64,000 nucleotides of DNA. Origin: Clostridium sp. Lineage in GTDB: Bacteria > Bacillota > Clostridia > Clostridiales > Clostridiaceae. Of this stretch, positions 43,586 to 53,475 are shown one piece after another. The DNA lies in NCBI RefSeq assembly GCF_047777555.1, contig NZ_JBKEEV010000007.1, forward strand, positions 7,877 to 71,876, written 5' to 3'. Under the pieces are notes generated by a model. The model made no database searches, had not been told where the DNA came from, and saw only the letters and a program-made list of their open reading frames with translations. Made by a program: the position numbers and the translations under genes. The stretch's first letter is position 1; every line of letters starts with the position of its first letter.

Positions 43586-44644
43586 TTAAAGGAAATTAGC
43601 TATTTCTTCTCTTCTTATTTTGTGAATAAAAGCTTCTCCAATATCTTTTAAAAGAATTATATTTATAAATTCTCCCTTGTTTTTCTTATCTAGGGATATT
43701 GCATTTAATATACTTTCCTTATCTTCTAAATTAATCTCATTTTGAAGATTATACTTACTTAAAGTTTCAGCTATTAGAGAAGCTGTTCCTTCTTTAGTTA
43801 TCTTCATCTCTTCGCTCTTCTTAGTTATCATATACATTCCTAAAGCCACAGCTTCCCCATGAGTATACTTCTCAAAATTATAATATTTTTCAATAGCATG
43901 CCCTATAGTGTGTCCGAAATTTAAAATCATTCTTTCTCCAGTGTCCTTTTCATCCTTCTCCACTATTTCTTTCTTTATAGAACAGCAAGTGTAAATTATA
44001 TCCTCCATATTATCTAAAAGGCTTTTTTCATCATATTTCATGAGCTTATAAAATAAATCCTTATCCCTTATACAGCCATATTTTATTACCTCTCCCATAC
44101 CATCGCTAAAAAATCTCTTATCTAAAGTACTTAGTACATTTGGATCTATAAATACCGCTTCTGGATGATAAAAACTGCCTACTAAGTTCTTTCCCCTCGG
44201 TAAGTCTACAGCAACCTTCCCACCTATGCTGCTGTCTATCTGAGCTAAAAGAGAAGTCGGTATTTGTACATATGGGACTCCTCTAAAAAGAGTAGATGCT
44301 GCAAAGCCTGTTAAATCTCCTATAACGCCTCCTCCAAGGGCAACTATAAGTTCACCCCTTGTAATTCCTGTATCTAAAAGTTCATCATATAAATTTATAA
44401 GCTCCTCTATAGACTTACTCTTTTCTCCAGATTTCACTACAATCTTAAAGGTTTTAAACCCAGCATTCTCTAGGCTGGACTTTACCACATTTCCATAAAA
44501 CTTATCTACATTCTCATCCGTTACTATAACTACCTTCTTACCACTGTATATCTTATTTATTTCTTCCCCTATCACCTTTAAGATTCCTCTTTTTATATAT
44601 AAGGGGTAGCTCTTATCACTAAGTTTTACTTGAAGCAGCCTCAA
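43586..44644 (-). CDS. aroB: 3-dehydroquinate synthase
   Basis: 352 aa with GGGVIGDLTGFAAS and FGHTIGHAIE motifs. Confidence 0.9.
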   Translation of the reverse strand: MRLLQVKLSDKSYPLYIKRGILKVIGEEINKIYSGKKVVIVTDENVDKFYGNVVKSSLENAGFKTFKIVVKSGEKSKSIEELINLYDELLDTGITRGELIVALGGGVIGDLTGFAASTLFRGVPYVQIPTSLLAQIDSSIGGKVAVDLPRGKNLVGSFYHPEAVFIDPNVLSTLDKRFFSDGMGEVIKYGCIRDKDLFYKLMKYDEKSLLDNMEDIIYTCCSIKKEIVEKDEKDTGERMILNFGHTIGHAIEKYYNFEKYTHGEAVALGMYMITKKSEEMKITKEGTASLIAETLSKYNLQNEINLEDKESILNAISLDKKNKGEFINIILLKDIGEAFIHKIRREEIANFL

Positions 44645-45508
44645 CTAGGACATCTCCTCTCTCTTTTTACTAGCTCTATTTAATATATTACCTAAAGCTT
44701 CAGTATCCTCATTTATCAAAGCATGTTTTATATCTGCAATATTTTTTTCAAATTTCTCTATGTGATTAATCAAATTTTCCTTATTTCCTATAAAGAGTTC
44801 AGTCCATAATTTTGTATTGATTCTAGCTATTCTAGTAAGATCCATATAGCTATCTCCAGTAAATTTCCCAGTATCTATTTCAAGATTATCGCTATTAACT
44901 AAGGATACTGCTATAACATGAGGAAGTTGGCTTACAAAGCCTATAACTTCATCATGCTTTTCCACACTTATTTTTTCTACATGTTTAAATCCCATATCTT
45001 TTGCTATATTTTCTATAAGCCTTATATTTTTTTCTTTGTTTCTTTCAGTAGGAGTTATTATATAATTTGCTCCTTTGAATATTTCCTTAGAAGCATACCT
45101 TAATCCAGTAAACTCTCTTCCAGCCATAGGGTGCCCAAAGATAAAATCAATATCTTCTCTTAAAATAGAATTTATATCTTTAGCAAATTCCTTTTTTATT
45201 CCTACAACATCTGTTATTACCGCACCACTTTTAAAATTATCTATGTTATCTTTGATAAACTTTTTTATACTTTTAGGATATATACATATTATTACTAAAT
45301 CTGATTCTTTTAGAGGAATCTCAGGACCTAGAAAACCCTTATCAATGATTCCTCTTTTCTCCCCAAGTTTTATAGCTTCTTCATCTATGTCAACAGCATA
45401 AAGCCTTTTAGGATTTAACTCTCTCAAAGCCAAAGCATATGAGCCCCCTATAAGCCCTAATCCTACAATAGTTATATTTAAATCTAGCCCCATCATAGTT
45501 ACCCCCAT
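44645..45508 (-). CDS. tyrA: Prephenate dehydrogenase
   Basis: 287 aa with the NAD-binding motif IVGLGLIGGS. The true start may be the ATG at 45496. Confidence 0.85.
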   Translation of the reverse strand: MGVTMMGLDLNITIVGLGLIGGSYALALRELNPKRLYAVDIDEEAIKLGEKRGIIDKGFLGPEIPLKESDLVIICIYPKSIKKFIKDNIDNFKSGAVITDVVGIKKEFAKDINSILREDIDFIFGHPMAGREFTGLRYASKEIFKGANYIITPTERNKEKNIRLIENIAKDMGFKHVEKISVEKHDEVIGFVSQLPHVIAVSLVNSDNLEIDTGKFTGDSYMDLTRIARINTKLWTELFIGNKENLINHIEKFEKNIADIKHALINEDTEALGNILNRASKKREEMS

Positions 45509-45517
45509 ACAGCATTC

Positions 45518-46531
45518 TTAGATTTCTTTTCCAACCGCCTTTGCTATCACAGCTAATGTTTTCATAAGGTCTTCAAATTTTTCAGGTTTAAGTGATTGAG
45601 AACCATCACTTTTTGCCTTAGCTGGATTATTATGAACCTCTATCATAAGGCCGTCTGCCCCTGCTGCTACAGCAGCCTTAGCTAGTGGTTCTACAAGCCA
45701 CCAAATTCCTCCTGCATGGCTTGGGTCTACGATTATAGGTAAGTGACTATGTCTTTTTATTACTGGTACTGCACTTAAATCCAATGTATTTCTAGTGTAA
45801 TTTTCATAAGTTCTTATTCCTCTTTCACATAAAATTACATTCTCATTTCCCTCTGACATTATATATTCTGCTGACATTAAAAACTCTTCTATAGTTGCAG
45901 CCAATCCTCTTTTTAAAAGTATTGGTTTCCTTGTTTTTCCCAATTCTTTTAAGAGGTCAAAATTTTGCATGTTTCTTGCCCCTACCTGAATTACATCTAC
46001 ATCTTCTACGAATTTATCTATCATCTTAGGTGACATTATCTCTGTAACTATAGGCAATCCTGTTTCTTTTTTTGCTATTTTTAAAAGCTCCAGTCCTTCT
46101 AGCCCCATCCCTTGGAAGCTGTATGGAGAAGTCCTTGGCTTAAAAGCTCCACCTCTTAAAAAGTTAGCCCCTGATTTTTTTACTTGTTTTGCAAGCTCCA
46201 CTATCTGTTCTTCACTTTCTACTGAACAAGGTCCTGCCATTACGGCTAGCTTATTGCCCCCAATAAGCTCACTGCCTACAGGTATTATTGAATCTTCAGG
46301 ATGGAAAAGCCTATTTGCTTTTTTATATGGCTCCTGCACATGAACTATTTTTTCAACTTCTTCATATGCTTCTACTTGTTTTGGATCGATTATGGTTGTA
46401 TCTCCAACCAATCCAAGTATACAGTATTTCTCACCTTCTACCTCATGGACTTCAATTCCTTTTTCAATTATGTCCTGTTTAATTCTTTCAATACTTTCTC
46501 TTGTTGCGTTGTGTTTCATTACAATAATCAT
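45518..46531 (-). CDS. aroF: 3-deoxy-7-phosphoheptulonate (DAHP) synthase, type I-beta, with an N-terminal regulatory domain
   Basis: 337 aa with GPCSVES and [16 protein letters not shown] motifs. Confidence 0.9.
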   Translation of the reverse strand: MIIVMKHNATRESIERIKQDIIEKGIEVHEVEGEKYCILGLVGDTTIIDPKQVEAYEEVEKIVHVQEPYKKANRLFHPEDSIIPVGSELIGGNKLAVMAGPCSVESEEQIVELAKQVKKSGANFLRGGAFKPRTSPYSFQGMGLEGLELLKIAKKETGLPIVTEIMSPKMIDKFVEDVDVIQVGARNMQNFDLLKELGKTRKPILLKRGLAATIEEFLMSAEYIMSEGNENVILCERGIRTYENYTRNTLDLSAVPVIKRHSHLPIIVDPSHAGGIWWLVEPLAKAAVAAGADGLMIEVHNNPAKAKSDGSQSLKPEKFEDLMKTLAVIAKAVGKEI

Positions 46532-46556
46532 AAAATAACCCCCCTATAAATTTTTA

Positions 46557-46586
46557 TAAAAAAAGAGACTCATTAATGAGTCTCTT
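46557..46586 (-). terminator. Attenuator terminator immediately upstream of aroF
   Basis: Perfect 11-bp stem aagagactcat / atgagtctctt (46563-46586), followed by a 7-U run on the minus strand and then GGGGGG-ATG of aroF. Confidence 0.8.
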
Positions 46587-46647
46587 ATATATCTACATTG
46601 ATACACTACTAATCTTGAACTATTCAAAGTGTCTTTTTATTTATAGA

Positions 46648-46773
46648 TTAACTCATTAGAATGGGAATTTTAAATTTTTTACAAGACAAATAACCAGCGT
46701 TAAAAAAATAACCCCAGTTTCTAAAGTAAAAGCTATATTGTCTTGCTATTCCTCTGCTAATAAGTCTTTTCAT
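46648..46773 (-). CDS. Aromatic-rich leader peptide of the aro operon (41 aa)
   Basis: Not in the ORF track: MKRLISRGIARQYSFYFRNWGYFFNAGYLSCKKFKIPILMS. It follows a GGAGGAAAAGTA RBS. 10 of 41 residues are F, Y or W. It sits between a consensus promoter and the attenuator terminator. Confidence 0.65.
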   Translation of the reverse strand: MKRLISRGIARQYSFYFRNWGYFFNAGYLSCKKFKIPILMS

Positions 46774-46819
46774 TACTTTTCCTCCAAATAGAAGATTTGT
46801 AGTTTAATTATTGTGTAGA

Positions 46820-46848
46820 ATTATACCACTCTCAAATTTTATGTCAAT
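46820..46848 (-). promoter_or_regulatory. SigA-type promoter of the aro leader
   Basis: On the minus strand: TTGACA (46848-46843), a 17-nt spacer, and TGgTATAAT (extended -10; TATAAT at 46825-46820). Confidence 0.7.
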
Positions 46849-47036
46849 ACTTTATAATAAAAATATTAACACTTTTTGATCCCATATAATATATTATATT
46901 AGGTCCACAATACCTTCAAAACTTTTAGACAAGCTACACAATCCTAACAATATATCTTAAATCTATGATTTAGTGATAGTCGTCACTCATATGAAAATAA
47001 TGAAAGAGTTTTACACTCAATGGAGGTGACTATAAT

Positions 47037-47309
47037 ATGCTAGGTTCATTTTTGTTTCCACTATTGTTCCTAGGCGGACTTGGCCGCGGCGGATGTGGTC
47101 ATGGTTACGGCGGATATGGTGGATGTAGTGGATGTGGATGTACTCCCCGCTGCTTTAATCCGTGTGATTGTTGTGATGATTGTCATCATAAACATCATAA
47201 ACACTGCAAACACCATAAACACGAAGAGTGCTGCTGCCAATGCTATCCTATGAATTCTTGTTGTCAACCTTATAATAAATGCGGATCATTCTTTGATTGG
47301 TTCTGCTGA
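47037..47309 (+). CDS. Cys/His/Gly-rich small protein with a hydrophobic N-terminus
   Basis: 90 aa with about two dozen Cys, including HHKHHKHCKHHKHEECCC. GGAGGTG RBS and a strong terminator hairpin at 47317-47349. Confidence 0.6.
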   Translation: MLGSFLFPLLFLGGLGRGGCGHGYGGYGGCSGCGCTPRCFNPCDCCDDCHHKHHKHCKHHKHEECCCQCYPMNSCCQPYNKCGSFFDWFC

Positions 47310-47316
47310 TAATTAT

Positions 47317-47349
47317 AAAACCCCTGAGGAAAATTTCCTCAGGGGTTTT
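47317..47349. terminator. Bidirectional terminator between convergent genes
   Basis: aaaacccctgagga / tcctcaggggtttt stem. Confidence 0.8.
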
Positions 47350-47353
47350 CTTA

Positions 47354-48947
47354 CTAAATAAGTCCCTTTTCTTTTAAAAACTCATCAGCTACAGTTCTTG
47401 GATCTTCCCCTAGTTTATCTACTTTATAATTAAGCTCTCTCATAGCTACCTCATCTATTTGTCCTGCTAACTTGTTTAAAATTCCTTTAATTCTGGATAC
47501 TTTTGAAGGGTATCTTTTCTAATTATAGGTGCTGCATGGTATGGTGGAAACAGATGTTTATCATCCTCTAGCGTTACAAGATTGTACGCCTTTAAAAGAC
47601 CATCTGTTAAAAATGCATCGGTTATATCTGACTCTTTATTGTTTATCGCCGTATACCTAAGTCCTCCATCAACAGGCTTTATCTTATGAAACTTAGTACC
47701 ATATAGTTTTTGCATTCCTATATATCCATCTTCTCTATCTGTAAACTCCATAGTAGGTCCAAAAACAAAGTTTTTTCTTTTCCCTTTAGGTCTGACATCT
47801 TTTTTAAATTATATTTTTTTGCCGTATCTTCTCTTACTGCGAGAACATAGGTATTGTTAAAGCCTAGTGGTTCTAACCAAGTAAGCCCATATTCTTTATC
47901 GAAATGCTCTTTTACTACTTTGTAGGCCTCCTGCGGATCATTTATACTTTCATGATTCATAATGTTTATAAGTCCAGTGCCTACATATTCAATATACATA
48001 TCTATGTCTCCAGCCTTTATAGCCTCAAAGGTTACACTAGATCCTCCCAGATTTAATCCAGTTCTCTTTACATTTAAGTCTGTATTTTTTTCTACTAAAG
48101 TTGCAAACATGTTTCCTAATATAAGTTGTTCTGTATAATTTTTAGAGCCTACTACAAATTCCTTACCTCCACTATATGCTTTGTAGCTTATACCTCCTAT
48201 AGCTATAATAATAACTAGAAGTGATGCCGTAATAACTATTGTCCTAGTTTGCTTATCTCTTTTTCTACTTCTACTTCTTCTTTTTATTTTTTTCTCTTTA
48301 CCTTCTTTATTTAACTTTATTCCTTCTGGAACTACAGAATTTTCTATCTTACCCACTATAAAATCCATTAAAAGAGCTAGTATACAAGCTGGCACAGCTC
48401 CTGATAAAATCATGTAATTATCTACTCTTTGAACTCCTGTAAACACCATGTATCCAAGGCCACCTGCTCCTATAAAAGCAGCAATAGTCATGAGTCCCAC
48501 GGCTGTAACAGCTGCAATTCTGATACCTGCCATTATAACAGGAAGTGCTAATGGAATCTGTACCATTTTAAGTTTTTGTCTTCCTGTAAGCCCTATACCA
48601 TCTGCAGCTTCAAGCATATCTGGATTTATGTTTTTAAGTCCAGTATACGTATTTTTAACTATAGGAAGTAATGAATATAAAAACACCATAACTATGGCTG
48701 GAGCACTTCCTATACCAAGTACTGGAATTAAAAATCCAAGTAATGCAATACTAGGTACGGCTTGAACTACATTAGCTAACCCAATTATGGGACCAGCTAA
48801 CCTTTTCTTTCGTGTAATCAATATTCCTAATGGAACTCCTATCAGTATAGCTGCGATAACAGCAGCAATAGTAAGTCCTATATGCTGTAACAGTAGTTGA
48901 ATAATTTGATCTTTTCTGTCTATAAGGTATGTTAAAAATTCTCTCAC
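47354..48947 (-). pseudogene. Osmoprotectant ABC transporter, fused permease and substrate-binding protein, at least two frameshifts
   Basis: The 409-aa ORF (permease plus the start of the SBP) derails at T-run 47771-47776. The 91-aa ORF continues the SBP (MEFTDREDGY...). A third frame after ~47480 reads [42 protein letters not shown]. Confidence 0.75.
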
Positions 48948-50082
48948 TATGCACCTACCTCCTCATCATCTAAGAATTGTCCGCTTAATACACTAATTAA
49001 GCTGCTCCTAGTAATAAGTCCATTCAATTTTTTATCGTCATCTACTACAGGTATATAGCCTATCTTTTTTTCCTTCATTACCTTCAATACATCTATTATA
49101 GAATCATCTTTATTGACTGATATTATTTCCTCCTCAATAATATCTCTGAGACTTGCATTTCTGCTGCCTTCTCTATGTTTTCTTATATCTTTTAAAGTAA
49201 CAATCCCCTCTAACTTACTATTTTCATCTATTACCAAAATACTATCTACATTTCTTTCATTCATTATCTCCGTTGCTTGAAGAAGGGTTCTGCTTCCTAC
49301 TGCTTTTACAGGATTTTTTATTACTATATCTTTAGCCTTTATAAATTCTGGCTGACTCCATATTCTATTTCTACCTACAAAATCTTCAACAAACTCATTT
49401 GCAGGATTTCTAAGTATATTTTCTGGAGTATCGTATTGAAGTACCATTCCATCCTTCATTATGCATATTCTATCTCCTAATTTTAAGGCTTCATCCATAT
49501 CGTGGGTAACAAAGACTATGGTCTTTTTAAGCTTTTCTTGAAGACTGAAAAGTTCATCTTGAAGTTGATTTCTAGTTATGGGATCAAGAGCTGAGAAAGG
49601 TTCGTCCATTAGTATTATATCCGGATCCGTAGCAAAGGCTCTGGCAACACCTATCCTCTGCTGCTGCCCTCCACTTAATTCCCTTGGGTATCTATCAATA
49701 TATTTTCTGGATCCATACCAACCATTTGAAGCAATTCCTCTATTCTCTTTCGTATATCCTCATCTGACCATCCCTTCAAGTAAGGTACTAGTCCTATATT
49801 ATCTCCTACAGTCATGTGAGGAAATAATCCTGTCTGTTGAATTACATATCCTATATTTCTTCTCAACTCAATAGTATCCTTTTTGCTTATATCTTCTCCA
49901 TTTATGAGGATTTGTCCTGACGTAGGTTTTATAAGCTTGTTTAGCATTTTTAAAGTTGTTGTCTTACCACACCCACTAGGACCTATAAGCACAACCAATT
50001 CACCTTTATTTATGGTTAGGTCAATTTCCTTTAAGATTTCAACATTTTTAAATGCCTTTTTCACTTTCCTTAGTTCTATCAT
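48947..50082 (-). pseudogene. Osmoprotectant ABC transporter ATPase with CBS domains, one frameshift
   Basis: The 135-aa ORF has Walker A (GPSGCGKTT). The signature motif is readable only after a 1-nt shift near T-run 49703-49706 (YIDRYPRELSGGQQQRIGVARAFATDPDIILMDEPF). The 220-aa ORF then continues with the CBS pair. Confidence 0.8.
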
Positions 50083-50327
50083 AACAATCCCCTCCTTTTA
50101 CGGCTTCTTGTCCATAAAATATGATTATATGCCGCTGCGTTTCTTTCATTTTTTACAAACAACTTATATCTAATATAAAATTGTATATTAGGTACAACTT
50201 TATTATATAATTAGAGTTGCTTCCTGTCAAAGTAACCTTTTCAAATATATGTAATAAAACTTGCCTTTTGCTTATAAAAAGATGGCTATACTTCATAAAA
50301 AAGCATAACCATCTTGTCTTATATTTC

Positions 50328-51242
50328 TTAGTTTTTCTTAGGAATCCAACTATTTACTAATTCTTCATTTTTATGCATCCATTCTTTTGCTACTTCTGAT
50401 GGATCTTTATCACTATCTTGTATATCTGCCATAAGACTTCCTAATTGATCATCATTCATTTTAAAGTTTTTCAAAAATTCAGCAACCTCAGGCATATCTT
50501 GTGAAAAACCTTTCCTTGCTATAGTATGAAGGTTTTCTGCTTTCCCATAAGTTCCCTTTGGATCATCTAAAAACTTTAAGTCCCAGCGAGAGAACTTCCA
50601 GTGAGGGCTCCATCCTGTTATAACTATAGGCTTTTTATCATCTATGGCCTTTTTTAGCATAGCTAACATTGTAGCTTCACTACCTTCAAGCAGCTCTAAA
50701 TCTAGTCCATACTCTTCTATTACACTTTTTGTAGATTTCATTATTCCAGCACCTGGATCTATTCCTATTATCTTTCCTTCTAGGTCATCCTTAATTCCAT
50801 TTAATTCTTCTATACTTTTTATATTCATGTAAGCTGGAACTACTAAACCTATTCTAGCATTCTCATAGTTATATCCTAGGTCTTCTAAATCTTCCTTATA
50901 TTTTTCCATATAATCCTTATGAGTAACAGGAAGCCATCCATCCATAAATACATCCATGTCTCCTCCAGCAAGGGAAGTAAACACCATTCCTGCCTCTCCT
51001 TGTTTCATATCCACTTCATAACCCATTTTTTCTTCTAAGACTACTTTAGCTAAGTTAGTCATTGCAATTCCTTCTGCCCAATTAACATACCCTATATTAA
51101 CTTTTTTATTTGACTTTTCCTGTGTTGAATTACTTGTATTTCCACTTCCTGTAGTTTTAGCGCTACCACATCCTGCTAAAACACCTACTGCTAACATTCC
51201 TGCAAAGGCTAAAGAAACAATTTTTTTTAATTTCTTATTCAT
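50328..51242 (-). CDS. opuAC: Glycine betaine/proline ABC transporter substrate-binding lipoprotein
   Basis: 304 aa with the lipobox LAGCGS. Confidence 0.85.
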   Translation of the reverse strand: MNKKLKKIVSLAFAGMLAVGVLAGCGSAKTTGSGNTSNSTQEKSNKKVNIGYVNWAEGIAMTNLAKVVLEEKMGYEVDMKQGEAGMVFTSLAGGDMDVFMDGWLPVTHKDYMEKYKEDLEDLGYNYENARIGLVVPAYMNIKSIEELNGIKDDLEGKIIGIDPGAGIMKSTKSVIEEYGLDLELLEGSEATMLAMLKKAIDDKKPIVITGWSPHWKFSRWDLKFLDDPKGTYGKAENLHTIARKGFSQDMPEVAEFLKNFKMNDDQLGSLMADIQDSDKDPSEVAKEWMHKNEELVNSWIPKKN

Positions 51243-52078
51243 TACATATCCTCCTTGCTTTTATTTTTCCCCAATGATTGAGTTATTCTATCTAATATCA
51301 TTGCTAAAATTACAACAGCAAGTCCACTTTCAAACCCTACTCCTACTTCCATTTGTTGAATACCTGACAGTACTTCTCTTCCAAGACCACCTGCTCCTAT
51401 CATAGCTGAAATAACAACCATAGAAAGGGATAGCATAATTGTCTGATTTATTCCCGCTAATATGGTTGGCAACGCAATAGGTAACTGCACCTTAAACAGC
51501 ATTTGGTTTTTTGTTGAACCGAATGACTTTGAAGCTTCTATTACATCTTCAGGTACTTGCCTAATTCCTAAGTTAGTAAGCCTTACTGCAGGTGGCATGG
51601 AGAAAATTATTGTAGCTATAGCTCCTGGAACTTTTCCCATTCCAAAAAACAGTACAGCTGGTATTAGATATACAAAAGCTGGCATAGTCTGCATAAAATC
51701 AAGTATAGGCCTTAAAACTTTATCTACCTTATTATGTCTTGATGCCCAAATTCCAAGAGGCACACCTATTAACAAGGAAATAAGTGCTGATACAGAGATT
51801 AGGGAAAGTGTTCCCATAGTCTGAGGCCATAGTTCTATAGAATCTATAAACAGCAGCCCTAAAAAAGTAAATATAGCTACTTTCTTTCCTGATAATTTCC
51901 ACGCAGTTGCTGTAAATATAAGTATCAATAATATGCTAGGAATAAATAAAAGGAAGCTTTCTAATCCACCGATAAGTGCTTCATTTATAAGCTTTATTAG
52001 ATCAAAAAAAGGTCCTAAATTATCTTTTAACCAATCTATAGCAACTTCAATATATGGTCCTATATGAAATTTAATCAT
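51242..52078 (-). CDS. opuAB: Glycine betaine/proline ABC transporter permease
   Basis: 278 aa polytopic protein with an EAA-like loop (EASKSFGSTKNQMLFKVQLP). Confidence 0.85.
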   Translation of the reverse strand: MIKFHIGPYIEVAIDWLKDNLGPFFDLIKLINEALIGGLESFLLFIPSILLILIFTATAWKLSGKKVAIFTFLGLLFIDSIELWPQTMGTLSLISVSALISLLIGVPLGIWASRHNKVDKVLRPILDFMQTMPAFVYLIPAVLFFGMGKVPGAIATIIFSMPPAVRLTNLGIRQVPEDVIEASKSFGSTKNQMLFKVQLPIALPTILAGINQTIMLSLSMVVISAMIGAGGLGREVLSGIQQMEVGVGFESGLAVVILAMILDRITQSLGKNKSKEDM

Positions 52079-52079
52079 T

Positions 52080-53264
52080 CTATACCCCCTCTCCAGCTAT
52101 CCCTGCAATTATAGTAGATCTTTTTATAATTCCAAGTAAGGTATTATCCTCATCTGTAACTGCAATTGGATATCTTGTGTTTGCAGCCACTGATAATAAC
52201 TCCGCAATAGGTACATCTGGTAAAGTTGTAGGGAAGTCATTTATCAATGCTTTATCTACACTTGAAATTCCTTGTTTTGAAAGTTCTATAGCATCTTCTA
52301 TGTTTATTATTCCTTTTAGCTTTCTTTCCTTATCTGTAACATATATACTTGCTATTCCCTCATCTTTCATAATTCTAACAGCTACTTTAGGTCCGTCCTT
52401 TACAAGATTAATAGCTTTAGATTTCTCCATAATAGTTGAGGCAGTAATAACCTTTGTCCTATCTACATCTTCAACAAATTTCTTTACATAATCACTAGCT
52501 GGATGTGTCAGTATATCCTCTGACGTACCGATTTGCTCTATTACACCATCTTTCATTATGGCTATTCTATCTCCTAATCTTAACGCCTCATCCAAGTCAT
52601 GGGTTATAAATATAATTGTTTTATGCATTTTAGATTGCAGTTGAAGCATTTCTTCCTGCATTTCCTTACGTATTAACGGATCTAATGCACTAAAAGCTTC
52701 ATCCATAAGCAATATTTCTGGGTCCGTAGCTAGTGCTCTAGCAATACCAACTCTCTGTTTCATTCCTCCACTTAATTGGTCTGGCATACTTTGTTCATAA
52801 CCCTTTAAGCCAACCAATTCTAAAGCCTTTTCAGCTTTTTCCCTTCTAATATTAGCATCTATTCCTTGCAACTCTAAACCATATTCAACATTGCTTATAA
52901 TATTTCTATGAGGAAGAAGCGCAAAATTCTGGAACACCATAGCTATCTTTTTTCTTCTAATTTCTCTTAATCTCTCATCGTTTACTTTTAAAATATCTTC
53001 TCCATCTATCAAAATCTCACCACTTGTAGCATCTATAAGACGATTTAAACATCTTATAAGAGTGGATTTACCACTGCCCGATAGACCCATTACTACAAAA
53101 AATTCTCCATCACCTACTTTAAAACTTGCATTATTAACTCCAACAGAATGTCCTGTCTTCTTATGAATTTCTTCTTTACTCATTCCTTTTTGCAAAAGCG
53201 GAATAATCTTCTTAGGGTTTCTTCCAAACACTTTATATAAATTTTTTATTTCTATTTGTGCCAT
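52080..53264 (-). CDS. opuAA: Glycine betaine/proline ABC transporter ATPase with tandem CBS domains
   Basis: 394 aa with GLSGSGKST, LSGGMKQRVGIARAL and LLMDEAFSALD. Confidence 0.9.
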   Translation of the reverse strand: MAQIEIKNLYKVFGRNPKKIIPLLQKGMSKEEIHKKTGHSVGVNNASFKVGDGEFFVVMGLSGSGKSTLIRCLNRLIDATSGEILIDGEDILKVNDERLREIRRKKIAMVFQNFALLPHRNIISNVEYGLELQGIDANIRREKAEKALELVGLKGYEQSMPDQLSGGMKQRVGIARALATDPEILLMDEAFSALDPLIRKEMQEEMLQLQSKMHKTIIFITHDLDEALRLGDRIAIMKDGVIEQIGTSEDILTHPASDYVKKFVEDVDRTKVITASTIMEKSKAINLVKDGPKVAVRIMKDEGIASIYVTDKERKLKGIINIEDAIELSKQGISSVDKALINDFPTTLPDVPIAELLSVAANTRYPIAVTDEDNTLLGIIKRSTIIAGIAGEGV

Positions 53265-53475
53265 ACTTACCCTCCTTTATCATTAAAATAACTAGGCTTA
53301 TTTCCATTATATAAACAAACAACTTTGTAATTTTATTAAGTTGTATGAATACAACAATTTTATACTATCATTAAAGTTGTTACTTGTCAAATTTTTGTGT
53401 AATGTATATCCAGTAACTAAAATAAATAAAAAGTGGTTTATTACAATTATGTAATCACCACTTTTTTATCATAAA

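Noticed and set aside
47070-47267. 65-aa minus-strand ORF opposite the Cys/His-rich gene
   Set aside because: It is the antisense of the repetitive His/Cys codons. It has no RBS, whereas the plus-strand gene has an RBS and a terminator.
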